Below are positions 23,809 through 32,546 of a stretch of DNA of 34,107 nt, one piece after another. How positions within the stretch are numbered: position 1 is the stretch's first letter; each line of letters begins with the position of its first letter. The notes beneath the pieces were generated by a model. It saw only the letters and a program-made list of their open reading frames with translations, had not been told where the DNA came from and ran no database searches. The DNA lies in assembly GCA_964490075.1 (NCBI GenBank), contig CAZBBK010000064.1, positions 1 to 34,107 on the forward strand, read 5' to 3'. Both the position numbers and the translations under genes were made by a program. The DNA is from an uncultured Gemmatimonadota bacterium (lineage in GTDB: Bacteria; GCA-2686955).

Positions 23809-26714
23809 GGCCCGAGCTCCTCCAGCCGGGCAGTCGCATCGAGCCCCGGCGGATCGGTGGCGTCGGCGGCGATGATCTCGCTGTAGAGCTTCTTCGCGTC
23901 TTCGAGAGCTCCCTTTCCTTCGTAGCACTGCGCCGCCGCCAGCTCGCCGCGCCGGACCCAGAAGATCTCGGCCGGGTGGACGTAGCGGATCTTCAGGAAC
24001 AGGCGCAGCGCATCGCCGATCGCGCCTTCCTGGTAGCGCAGCTCCGCGTTGCGATAGAGCGCCTCGGCCGCGACCGCGGGTGGCGCTTCGGTCGCGGCCT
24101 CCTCCAGCGCCGCGCGCCCCCCCAGGGTGTCGCCCTCCACCCGGGCGATCAACGCCAGCGCGACGAACGACCGCCACCGAACCAACTGCTGATCGGGCGC
24201 GGTCGATTCCGCCAGCGGCTGCAGCAGCCGGCGCGCTTCGGCATTCTGCCCAACCCCGGCGTGGGCGAGGCCCAGCAGCAGTCGATCTTGCGAGTCGCGA
24301 GGCGGGACCCCGCTCATCAGCTCCAGGGCGCGCTCGGGCTCGCCCCTCGCGACGGCCTCCTCCGCCAGCAGCAGCCGCGCCGCGCGAGCGCGCGGATGAT
24401 CGACATGCTGGTCGATGAGCGTTCGCCAGGCGGCATTTTCCCGCTCCGGCTGCAACAAGCCGAGCGCATAGAGCGCCTCCGCGGCCTGATCGCTGCGTGG
24501 ATAGGCCGATGCCAGGGCGCCGAGCCGGTTGCGTGCCGCCTCGTCCTCGCCTCGGTCCTGCAGGATGAGCGCCTCGTGGAGCGCGATCTCGGCACCCTGC
24601 TCTCCCGCACCCTCGATCGCTTCGCGGACGATTTCGGGGGCGTCCACCGCCCCTTGCGCCTCGGCCGCGGCCCAGTAGATGCCGCGCACCGCATGCGCCA
24701 CCCTCTCCCCGCGGGGCCAAGATCGAACCACCATGGCATAGGCCTGGGCCGCGGCCTGTGGATCGCCGACGTTGAAGCGACAGTCCCCGACTCGGGCGAT
24801 CGCGTGCTCGGCGATCGACGAAGCGTCGGCGGCATCGGCGGCGGCGAGGTAGAGCGACTCGGCGGCGGCGTAGAGCGGCACGTCGAATCGCGCCTGAGCC
24901 TCGACCAAGAGCGCCTGCGCAATGCGGTCTGCGTGGCCGGATCCACTCTGGCGCGCCGCGCGCGCCGCCGCGGCGGCGGCATCGTGCTTCCCGAGCCGTG
25001 CGAGCGCGCGGGCCCGCCCCAGATGGGCCTCGTAGGCCAGTCGCCCGCGCGGGTCGTGCTGCAGGTAGAGGCCGTAGAGGGTCTCGGCTGCGTCGTCGTC
25101 GCCCATTGCCGTGAACGCATCGCCCATTCGCAGCACCGCCTCCACGCCGCGCGACGAGCTCGGATGCTCCACGGCCAGGCGATCGAACCAGCGCAGGGCG
25201 CCGGGCGCGTCGCCCTGACCCAGCCGGCACCAACCGACTCCGAAGAGCGCCTCGATGAGCAGCTCGTCGGCCCTCGGGCGCTCCTGGTCGGCGAGCGTCA
25301 CGTAGAGCGACTCGGCGGCCGCCAGATCGCCGGCGGCGAGATTCGCCTCCGCCTCCAGCAGTCGATCGCGCGGCCCCTGCGCACCCTCCGCGGCAGCCAG
25401 CACGGCGGCGGCGGGCTCGCCGGCCCTCAGGAGCGCGACGCCCCGACCGTAGAGCGCATCGGCGGCGTCGAGCTCCCCGATCTCGGCCGCCTCGATCGCC
25501 GCGGCGTAGGCCTGCGCCGCGGCGCGCGCGCGGCCGGAAGCCAGCAGGAGCCGGCCGGCCGCCATCTGCGCCGCGTGGATCGTCGCCGGGGCGGCACCGG
25601 CGAGGACCGCCACCTGCTCGAAAAGCGGCAGCGATTCGAGATCGTCGGGGCGCAGCAGACCCAGGCCCAGCAGCGCCCGCGCCCGCTGATCGGGCGATGC
25701 CCTGCCATCGACGCGCCGGAAATGCCGCTCGGCGGCCTCGTTCCTGCCCAGCGCGGCGGCGGCGTCTCCCGCTCCGAGCAAAGCCTCCAGCGCCAAAGCC
25801 CCACCGGCGTCCGCATGGGCCAGCCAGCGGGCCTCGGCGTCGAGGAGTCGCCCCGCGGCGGCCTGGCTCCACGCCAGCGAGTAGGCCGCCTCGCTGGCGG
25901 CTCCGAGCGAATCGACCGCCGCCTCCAGTGCTTCGATCGCCTCGCCATGGCGGCCTTCGCGCAGATAGGCCTCGCCCAGGAGCCAATGCTCCTCGGCGTT
26001 CCGTGCCCCCTGCAGCAAGGCGATCACGCCCTCATGATCGCCCCTTCGCAGCCGGGCCCGCGCCGCCTCGGTCCGTGCCAGCGAGCGAAGCTCGGCGGGC
26101 ACCCCGTCGGCGCTGAGCAGCGGCTCGAGGGTCTGAACCGCCTGCTCCGGCTGCTCCAGCTGCAGCTGGAACAAGGCCAGATCGTAGCGTGCGTAGCTGG
26201 CCGCGGAATGCTCGGCGAACGAGGAAAGGACCCGCTCCAAGTCGTCCACGCCGCTCTCGACATCGCCCAGCAGTCCGGCGTTGCGCGATCGCCGGAGCAG
26301 GGCGTCGGGGAGCAGATCCGAGCTCGGGAAGCCCTCGATCAATCGTCCGAGGGCAACCACCGCAGCCCGCGAGTCGGCGCGGCGGTGGGCCGCGTCGCCG
26401 ATCCTGAACAGCGCCTGGTCGGCGAAGGTTCCGGCCGGGGAGCGCAGCAGGTACTCCTCGTAGTAAGGGGTAGCGTCCTCGACGCCCTGCTCGCGAACGC
26501 ACTCGGCCAGCAGAAAGGCGGCGTCGGTCGCCGCCGGAGAGCCGGCGTCACCGACCTGCACCAGCTCGAGCTCCCTGATCGCCAGCTCGTAGAGCCCGTC
26601 GGCCATGAACCCGCGCGCCGCATCCAGCCTCGAGTCGGATCGCCGGGCCGCTCCGGTTGCCGCACCGGCGGCAAGCCACATCCCGACAAAGATCTCCAGC
26701 GCGCGCATCCGCAT
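23805..26714 (-). CDS. large exported tetratricopeptide-repeat protein (BamD/CpoB-like repeats), about 969 aa
   Basis: Signal peptide and GGAGG SD (ATG 26714 or 26708). Many TPR units with (Y/F/H)P-S-x-x-A-x-x-A linkers, e.g. EGFPSSDLLPDAL, EHPSSSRGVEAV, AYPRSDQAAEAL. Confidence 0.9.
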   Translation of the reverse strand: MRMRALEIFVGMWLAAGAATGAARRSDSRLDAARGFMADGLYELAIRELELVQVGDAGSPAATDAAFLLAECVREQGVEDATPYYEEYLLRSPAGTFADQALFRIGDAAHRRADSRAAVVALGRLIEGFPSSDLLPDALLRRSRNAGLLGDVESGVDDLERVLSSFAEHSAASYARYDLALFQLQLEQPEQAVQTLEPLLSADGVPAELRSLARTEAARARLRRGDHEGVIALLQGARNAEEHWLLGEAYLREGRHGEAIEALEAAVDSLGAASEAAYSLAWSQAAAGRLLDAEARWLAHADAGGALALEALLGAGDAAAALGRNEAAERHFRRVDGRASPDQRARALLGLGLLRPDDLESLPLFEQVAVLAGAAPATIHAAQMAAGRLLLASGRARAAAQAYAAAIEAAEIGELDAADALYGRGVALLRAGEPAAAVLAAAEGAQGPRDRLLEAEANLAAGDLAAAESLYVTLADQERPRADELLIEALFGVGWCRLGQGDAPGALRWFDRLAVEHPSSSRGVEAVLRMGDAFTAMGDDDAAETLYGLYLQHDPRGRLAYEAHLGRARALARLGKHDAAAAAARAARQSGSGHADRIAQALLVEAQARFDVPLYAAAESLYLAAADAADASSIAEHAIARVGDCRFNVGDPQAAAQAYAMVVRSWPRGERVAHAVRGIYWAAAEAQGAVDAPEIVREAIEGAGEQGAEIALHEALILQDRGEDEAARNRLGALASAYPRSDQAAEALYALGLLQPERENAAWRTLIDQHVDHPRARAARLLLAEEAVARGEPERALELMSGVPPRDSQDRLLLGLAHAGVGQNAEARRLLQPLAESTAPDQQLVRWRSFVALALIARVEGDTLGGRAALEEAATEAPPAVAAEALYRNAELRYQEGAIGDALRLFLKIRYVHPAEIFWVRRGELAAAQCYEGKGALEDAKKLYSEIIAADATDPPGLDATARLEELGP

Positions 26715-26915
26715 TGCCCCTCCGCTGACTCGCGTGGCACTCGGTTTCGGTGATTGGATCGACGGAGCAGCGCGCGCTCGGCGACGTCGCGTGCGGTCCA
26801 CTCGGCTGCCCCGGGCATCATACGGGGTCAGGAGTCCGCGGTTCCAATCGAAGTGGACGCGCGGTGGGGCCCTGACGGAGCACGCGATCGGCGCAGCAGG
26901 CTCCCGGGCGACGCG

Positions 26916-27086
26916 CTAACGGGTCTCGGCGGCCACGGCCACCGGCTCGGCGGCGGCGGCGGCGGCGACTCGGTGCACGGTCACGAAACCAGAAACCAGG
27001 ATGACGATGGAGACGATGATCGCGGACAAGAGAATCGACTTCCCGAGCAGGAGTGAGATTTCTCGTTGTTCGATCGCATCCGGCAT
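26916..27086 (-). CDS. small single-TM hypothetical protein (56 aa)
   Basis: GGAGGT SD 7 nt upstream of ATG 27086 (MPDAIEQ...), one long hydrophobic helix (SILLSAIIVSIVILVSGFVTV), Ala-rich tail. Confidence 0.65.
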   Translation of the reverse strand: MPDAIEQREISLLLGKSILLSAIIVSIVILVSGFVTVHRVAAAAAAEPVAVAAETR

Positions 27087-27226
27087 TTCGTGGACCTCCA
27101 TCGCGCGTGGCGCTGCTCTCGTCTCAGATATCGGCGCCGCCAGCTCTCCCCTTGAGGACTGCGAAATCTTTGTAAGTGATTATCGCTATGCTGGATAGAG
27201 ATCAAACAAGTCGTGCGGCGGGAGGA

Positions 27227-28246
27227 TCAGAACGCCGCCCAGTCGGCGCGTTCGTGCACTGCCCAGTGGGCTTCCAGGACCAGCACGCCGCCATCGGCGT
27301 AGACCGGGGATTCCGCGCCGAATTGCGCCTCGTCGACTTCGCTGACCGGCATCGGAAAGTGCATCCGGCCGAAATGGACCGTGCTGTCGGCCTCCGCCAG
27401 GCGCACGAAGAGAGCCTGGTCGTTCGCCACCACGAGGGTGTCGACCAGCGCCCCCCATCCGCCGGTATCGGTGCTCCAGCCCAGCGGGCGATCGAGACAG
27501 GCGGCCTCCGCGCAGAGCTCGGTGCGGATTTCGACCGATCCACCCTCGATCTCACCGGGAGCGACGGCCACCGAGATCTGCCACTCGCCGGCGATCTCCT
27601 CGGCCAGCAGAGAAAGCCAGATCACGGGGCCGGGACTCAAGAACTGCTCGTCCGGCGCGTGGCGAAGATCGAGGGGGAAGCTCAGCCAGCTCGGCTTGAT
27701 CTGCACGTTTGCGCCGACCTCCCAACCGACCTGGAACTGAGTGTCGTAGCTCCTGTGCGGCACGACCGTGACCAGCGGCGTCGCGACGCTGTGCGCTCCG
27801 TCGTCGCTGCGGGTGATCATCGCGTAGCGATAGATCCGGTCGTTGGTGACCGGGGCGTCGGTGTGAGTACGGGTCTCTATGCTCAAGCGCCGGGCGAAGA
27901 GCAGAGTGTCCTCGAAGGTCTGGAAAGAGAGGGAGTCCTGGCGTAGAAAGCCCTCGACCTCCCGGCTGCCGAGCAGCGCCTCGAGCTCGAGCGAATCGAG
28001 GTCGACCGAAGGCGTGCGCAAAAGGGTGTACCCGCCCTGCTCTCCCACCGGTCCGTCTGCCCCGATGTCGCTCCGTTCCGCCTCGCTCGGTGACGCGGTC
28101 CAGGTAACCGCGACGCTGCCGTCTCCCGGAGCTACCTGCACCGAGGCCGGAGGCATCAGTGCGGGCATCAGGTCGACGATATCGCTGCACGCGATCAACA
28201 CGGTGCCCGCCAAAGCGGCGGTCAGAACGGAACGCGGGACTTTCAC
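27227..28246 (-). CDS. hypothetical lipoprotein with FN3-like N-terminal domain
   Basis: GTG 28246 (GAGGT SD) begins K-PR plus a hydrophobic stretch and lipobox LIAC. PPASVQVAPGDGSVAVTWTAS and D--VTNDRIYRYAM are FN3-like patterns. Confidence 0.8.
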   Translation of the reverse strand: MKVPRSVLTAALAGTVLIACSDIVDLMPALMPPASVQVAPGDGSVAVTWTASPSEAERSDIGADGPVGEQGGYTLLRTPSVDLDSLELEALLGSREVEGFLRQDSLSFQTFEDTLLFARRLSIETRTHTDAPVTNDRIYRYAMITRSDDGAHSVATPLVTVVPHRSYDTQFQVGWEVGANVQIKPSWLSFPLDLRHAPDEQFLSPGPVIWLSLLAEEIAGEWQISVAVAPGEIEGGSVEIRTELCAEAACLDRPLGWSTDTGGWGALVDTLVVANDQALFVRLAEADSTVHFGRMHFPMPVSEVDEAQFGAESPVYADGGVLVLEAHWAVHERADWAAF

Positions 28247-28302
28247 GGGAACCTCGGGGTGGACAGGGGATTGGCGCTCATGCGTTGTTGCCGCGGTCGC
28301 CG

Positions 28303-28311
28303 AGCTTACCA
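28303..28311 (-). promoter_or_regulatory. candidate extended -10 promoter of the lipoprotein gene
   Basis: Minus strand reads TGGTAAGCT (TG-n-TAAGCT) in the intergenic gap. Confidence 0.35.
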
Positions 28312-28339
28312 CGCACCCGATGGTCGCTTCGCCGGCTAC

Positions 28340-29392
28340 CTATGCGGCGGAGCGCGTCGACCTCGCCCCTGCGGCCGGCGTGACCGCCACCACGGGAGCG
28401 TCGTCCGGATAAGGAACCGAACCCAGGCGCAGGCCGATCACCACCAACACCGATCCAGCGGCGAGCGCGGGCAGGAAAGCGATTCCACCGGCCATGCGCA
28501 GTGTGGCCAGCGCACAGATCCCCAACACCGATGCCAGCAGATACTGGAACATCACCACTTCGCGATCGGTCAGCCCAAGACCCTGCAGCCGGTAGGTGAG
28601 ATTCGACTTGTCGGGCAGGTAGACCGGCCGCCCGCGCTTGGTGCGCAGCACTACGGCCAGCGTGGTGTCGAAGATCGGAACGCCGAGGATCATCGGCAAG
28701 GCACTGAGCTGGGCCATCGACCCGTCGAGATGGCGTGCCTGCAAGAGCGCGATCGCACCGAGCGAGAAGCCGAGGAAGAGGGTTCCGGTGTCGCCCAGAA
28801 AAATCGATGCCGGCTTGGAGTTGTAGCGCAGGAAGCCGCAACAGGCGCCGGCGATGGCCAGGGCGAAAATTCCGGCCGGTGTGGTCGGCTCGATCAGGAA
28901 GAGCAGCGTGCCTCCGATGAAGGCCACGCCCGAAGTCGCACCGTCGATGTTGTCCATCAGATTCAGCGCGTTGGTGACCCCGACCAACCAGAGCACCATC
29001 AGCGGAACCGCGATCCAGTGCTCGGACAGGCCGGGAATACGCACATCCGCAACGACGATGAAGGCGATGCCGGCCAGCGCCTGGACCAGGATGCGGGGTT
29101 TCCAATCGAGGACCACGACATCGTCCAGGAGTCCGAGCGCCAGCATTCCGGCCGCCGCCCCGAGCAAGGTGGCGATCTCCGCGTCGAGAAGACCGGCGAC
29201 CGACACGGCCAGGACGCTCGCACCGAACACCGCGATCCCTCCGCCGAGAGGCGTGGGAATGCGGTGGATCTTGCCGGGGTTGGTCGGGTTCGGCGCGTCC
29301 ACGAGATTGACGCGCCACATCAGCGAGCGCACCAGGGGGGTGAGCTGATGAGCGATGAGCAAAGCGGCGAGGAATGCGATGGACTGAGTCAT
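28340..29392 (-). CDS. MraY/WecA-family polyprenyl-phosphate N-acetylhexosamine-1-phosphate transferase
   Basis: KIH--PTPLGGG, GLLDD, NALNLMDNIDG, GFLRYN-KPASIFLGDTG, PIFDT. WecA/TagO-like rather than true MraY. Start placed at ATG 29392. Confidence 0.92.
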   Translation of the reverse strand: MTQSIAFLAALLIAHQLTPLVRSLMWRVNLVDAPNPTNPGKIHRIPTPLGGGIAVFGASVLAVSVAGLLDAEIATLLGAAAGMLALGLLDDVVVLDWKPRILVQALAGIAFIVVADVRIPGLSEHWIAVPLMVLWLVGVTNALNLMDNIDGATSGVAFIGGTLLFLIEPTTPAGIFALAIAGACCGFLRYNSKPASIFLGDTGTLFLGFSLGAIALLQARHLDGSMAQLSALPMILGVPIFDTTLAVVLRTKRGRPVYLPDKSNLTYRLQGLGLTDREVVMFQYLLASVLGICALATLRMAGGIAFLPALAAGSVLVVIGLRLGSVPYPDDAPVVAVTPAAGARSTRSAA

Positions 29393-29420
29393 GCGAAGCT
29401 GGGGTGCGAAAAATCGCGGC

Positions 29421-29450
29421 ACCCTATCAGAGCGTTCCGACGGGCGTCAA
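29421..29450 (-). promoter_or_regulatory. candidate sigma-70 promoter of the WecA-like gene
   Basis: Minus strand TTGACG, 18-nt spacer, TAGGGT, with an extended -10 TG. Confidence 0.5.
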
Positions 29451-29466
29451 CGAATGCCGGGAACAT

Positions 29467-29482
29467 TGCAAGAGCCCTGCCA
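29467..29482 (-). promoter_or_regulatory. sigma-54 (-24/-12) promoter upstream of the WecA-like gene
   Basis: Minus strand TGGCAGGGCTCTTGCA, one mismatch from TGGCAC-N5-TTGCA, with exact GG-N10-GC spacing. Confidence 0.75.
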
Positions 29483-29533
29483 CGCGGCAATTGCCTTCAG
29501 GACACCGCTTCTCGCGCTCAGGGGCACTCCAAC

Positions 29534-29574
29534 TGTCCCCTGATGGAGACAGCCGATGTCCCCCCCAGGGGACC
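29534..29574. promoter_or_regulatory. twin 18-bp palindromic operator / enhancer-like sites, TGTC-N10-GAC(A/C)
   Basis: TGTCCCCTGATGGAGACA (29534-29551) and TGTCCCCCCCAGGGGACC (29557-29574), 23 bp apart start to start and upstream of the sigma-54 site. Confidence 0.6.
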
Positions 29575-29582
29575 GCGCGCGA

Positions 29583-32513
29583 TCAGTCTTCCTCGATCAG
29601 GCCGAAGCGGACCAGCTTCTTGCGCAGGTTGCCGCGGCTGAAACGCAGTCCCTTGGCCATGGCGCCGATATCGTGCCGATAGAAGAGCAGCGCCTGCTCC
29701 AGGGCATCGTGCTCGACCGCCTCCAGGAAGGACCGGTAGCTCAGATCACCGCGCAGCGCCTCTTCCAGGAGCTCGTCGCGAGCGCCCGCGGCGCCCGCAG
29801 AGTGGCGCTCGCCGGAGGGAGCCGCGCGCAGCTCGCCGATGTCTTCGAGCGCGTCCTGGAGCTCCTGCTTGGATCGGGCCAGCGTTTGCTCGCTCTGCGC
29901 CGACTTGATGCGCACCGCGCGCAGACGCAGCTCGCGTACGATCGAAGGCATGGACGCATCGACCATCAGGCGCAAAATCTCCAGCTCGTGATTGGCCGGA
30001 CTCTGCCCCTTCTGGAACCACAGGATCATCGCGCCGGAGTAGCGTTCCGCGCTCGGGATCGGGAATCCCAGGGCACAGTCCTCTCCGGGGCCGTTGAGCC
30101 GATCGCGGCCATCCAAGGGCACCTCCTGGCCCTCTTTCGCCACTTCGCGAATCAACTTCCGGATCGGCTCGGTCTTCGACTTCTCGCGCCCCGGCAGGCT
30201 GCGTCCCTTGAAGTACTCGAAGGCATCTTCGCGCTCTGAGTCGATGATCCCGACCGCTCCCATGCGCGCCCGGATGATCTTGATCGCCGAGGAGAGCAGC
30301 TCGCCCGCGACAGCCGGTGCGTCGTCCTTGGTCGCGATGTCGACGATCTTCCGGACCCGCTCGCAAGCTTCGTTGCTCTGCTCGATCTCCTCGATCGATG
30401 CCGGAGGATTGTCTTCGTAGAGATCGAAGATCGACGCCGAGAGACGGCCGATCTCGTTGTAGCGCGGCCCGGTGTCGGCGTCGGCATCGGCGTTCTTGCG
30501 CAAGAAGTCCAGGAATCCCTCGTGGCTGGCGGTCTTTAGATGTGCCAGAGGAGTCTGGTAGGGACGCGACGAAAGGAAAGCCACGACGCGGTCGCGGTAA
30601 GGCTCGAAACGCCGGCGCAGGAAGGACTCGCGGCTCTTGCGATCCTGGAAGCGGCCCAGGAGCTGGTCGAGGATCGTGGTCGCTTCGCCGATGCGGACGA
30701 ACGCGTCCTCGTGGCGGCCCTCGGCGAGGTAGACCCGCCCCAACGCGTGGTAGCCGCGCCAGACCAGGTCGGGGACCTCGATGAACTCCAGGAGTCGGAG
30801 CGCCATCTTCACGCCGACCGCCGCGCGCGCTCGCGCGTCGGGTGCGGTCTGGTCGAGCAGCCCGAGCGCGTAGTCGACCCGCGAGCGGGCGATCAGCACG
30901 CGGTTGCGGGTGCGCTCGGCATGCTTCAGACTGCGCTCGAGAGGCTCCAGGGCCACCTTGGAGTGACCGATCAGCCGGTAGCAGACCCCCAGCTCGCGCA
31001 GCGCCAACGCCGCGTCGGTGTCGCAAAGCTCGGTTTCGGTCAGCGACTCGAGCGCTTCGATCGCGTCTCCGTTTTGCCCTTTGAGTGACATCATTCGGGC
31101 CCGCAGCAGGCGCTGACCCGCTTCGTCTCGAGCCTCTTTGGGCAACGATCCGAGCGCGTTCCCGAGGCGGTCGGCGTCTCCCCGGTCGGCATAGACGCGG
31201 CCCCGAGCCAGGGCCACCTCGATCAACGCGCGCTGCCGGCCCTGCTCCCGCGCCAGCACCTGGGCGCGATCGAGAAATGTGTCGCTCTTGGCGAACTGGG
31301 AGCGGTGGTGGAACGCAGTCCCCAGGCAGAGAGCGGCTTCGCGCTCCCCCTCGACGTAGGCGCGATTGCGATGGATATCGAGCGCCTCTTGGAGCGGCGC
31401 GATCGCGCGATCGAAGTCGCTCAGAACCAGCAGCGCCCGCCCGCGGAGCAGCGCCGCTCGAGCCCGGTCCACGGGATCCTCGAGAGTCTCGGCGAGTGTG
31501 GCCAGGTGCTTCAGAGTGTCGGCGGCCGTGCCCTCCAGCAGCGCCAGCTCGGCGTTCACCAGGGCCCGGCGCATCTGCTGCTCAGCCGAGGAGGGGCTCG
31601 AGAAGGCGTCCACTTCGACCAGCAGCTCCTTGACTCGGGCGATGTCGCCTTCCGCCAAAGAGCACTCCGCCGCGACCAGGTGCGCGAGCGGATCACCACC
31701 CTCGGTCGATACCCGCTCCGAGCCGATGATCGGCTCGAGCAGGGCGCGCGCCTCGCCCAGGTGGGAGAGACGCTGGTTGGCGATCGCCCCCCTGATGCGG
31801 AAGCGCTCCTCGAAGCGCTGCGCAGGGGCCTCGCCCTGGTACTCGCCGTCCACGCCCTCGCGGGCCAAACGCGCCGCGCTCTCGCTGTCTCCCCGGCGCA
31901 GCGCCTCTTCCACCAGTGTGAGGAGCTCTTCCGCGCTCTCTTCTCCCGAGCGGGTTCGGCGCCGGTCGCGACGCTCGAGCCCTTTGCGACGGGACGCGCG
32001 GTTGCCCTTCGCGTCGTCGACCGACTCCCGCTCGGTCTCCGGCTCGGGCACCGCCTCGTCGCTGCTCGGAGGAGGCGGCTCCGCCGGCCGCGGGGAATCG
32101 TCTCGCGCGGGCTCTCCGTCGGCGGGGGCGCCCGGCAGCTCGCCCGCCATCTGCTCGAGCTCGGCGCGTTCGTCCTCCGCGATGCCGCCCACCAGATCGC
32201 CTCTCAGCTTGGTGTCGGCGATCTCGTAGACCGCCGCGAGATCGCTCTCGTCGCTGCGCGTGAGCAGACCGCGCTCCACCAGGTCACTGAGGAAGTAGCG
32301 CCAGTTCCTTCCTTTGTAGTCGAGCGCGTCCTTCAACTCGTCGCCGCGACTTCCTCGCCCCAGCACGGCCAACATCTCCAGGATCCTGCGCTTGATCCCC
32401 TTCACGGGCAATGCCGCGCGATCCTCCGTTCCCACGCTCTCATCGCGTGGACCTGTTGTCGGCTCCACAGCCAATCTCCTTCCACGACGCGAGGGCCCGT
32501 CGGGCCCGTCCAT
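29583..32513 (-). CDS. 976-aa putative transcriptional regulator: winged helix, TPR array, GAF-like domain, coiled coil, Fis-type HTH
   Basis: The C-terminus (FLEAVEHDALEQAL...DIGAMAKGLRFSRGNLRKKLVRFGL) is Fis/NtrC-type HTH. Central MalT-like TPRs, GAF-like segment (LLSSAIKIIRARMGAV...CALGFPI...GAMILW), N-terminal wHTH (ILEMLAVLGR...LSDLVERGLL). Start uncertain. Confidence 0.8.
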   Translation of the reverse strand: MDGPDGPSRRGRRLAVEPTTGPRDESVGTEDRAALPVKGIKRRILEMLAVLGRGSRGDELKDALDYKGRNWRYFLSDLVERGLLTRSDESDLAAVYEIADTKLRGDLVGGIAEDERAELEQMAGELPGAPADGEPARDDSPRPAEPPPPSSDEAVPEPETERESVDDAKGNRASRRKGLERRDRRRTRSGEESAEELLTLVEEALRRGDSESAARLAREGVDGEYQGEAPAQRFEERFRIRGAIANQRLSHLGEARALLEPIIGSERVSTEGGDPLAHLVAAECSLAEGDIARVKELLVEVDAFSSPSSAEQQMRRALVNAELALLEGTAADTLKHLATLAETLEDPVDRARAALLRGRALLVLSDFDRAIAPLQEALDIHRNRAYVEGEREAALCLGTAFHHRSQFAKSDTFLDRAQVLAREQGRQRALIEVALARGRVYADRGDADRLGNALGSLPKEARDEAGQRLLRARMMSLKGQNGDAIEALESLTETELCDTDAALALRELGVCYRLIGHSKVALEPLERSLKHAERTRNRVLIARSRVDYALGLLDQTAPDARARAAVGVKMALRLLEFIEVPDLVWRGYHALGRVYLAEGRHEDAFVRIGEATTILDQLLGRFQDRKSRESFLRRRFEPYRDRVVAFLSSRPYQTPLAHLKTASHEGFLDFLRKNADADADTGPRYNEIGRLSASIFDLYEDNPPASIEEIEQSNEACERVRKIVDIATKDDAPAVAGELLSSAIKIIRARMGAVGIIDSEREDAFEYFKGRSLPGREKSKTEPIRKLIREVAKEGQEVPLDGRDRLNGPGEDCALGFPIPSAERYSGAMILWFQKGQSPANHELEILRLMVDASMPSIVRELRLRAVRIKSAQSEQTLARSKQELQDALEDIGELRAAPSGERHSAGAAGARDELLEEALRGDLSYRSFLEAVEHDALEQALLFYRHDIGAMAKGLRFSRGNLRKKLVRFGLIEED

Positions 32514-32546
32514 CGCTTGTCAGTCGTCTTTCGTCGTGGTGGCGGA

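Noticed and set aside
23809-25986. Apparent 1247-aa protein (N-terminal extension of the barrel ORF)
   Set aside because: The extension is an alternative frame inside the TPR gene. The real start is ATG 23808, with a signal peptide and ATGA coupling.
23439-26753. 1104-aa + strand ORF
   Set aside because: Antisense shadow of the TPR gene with no recognisable motifs.
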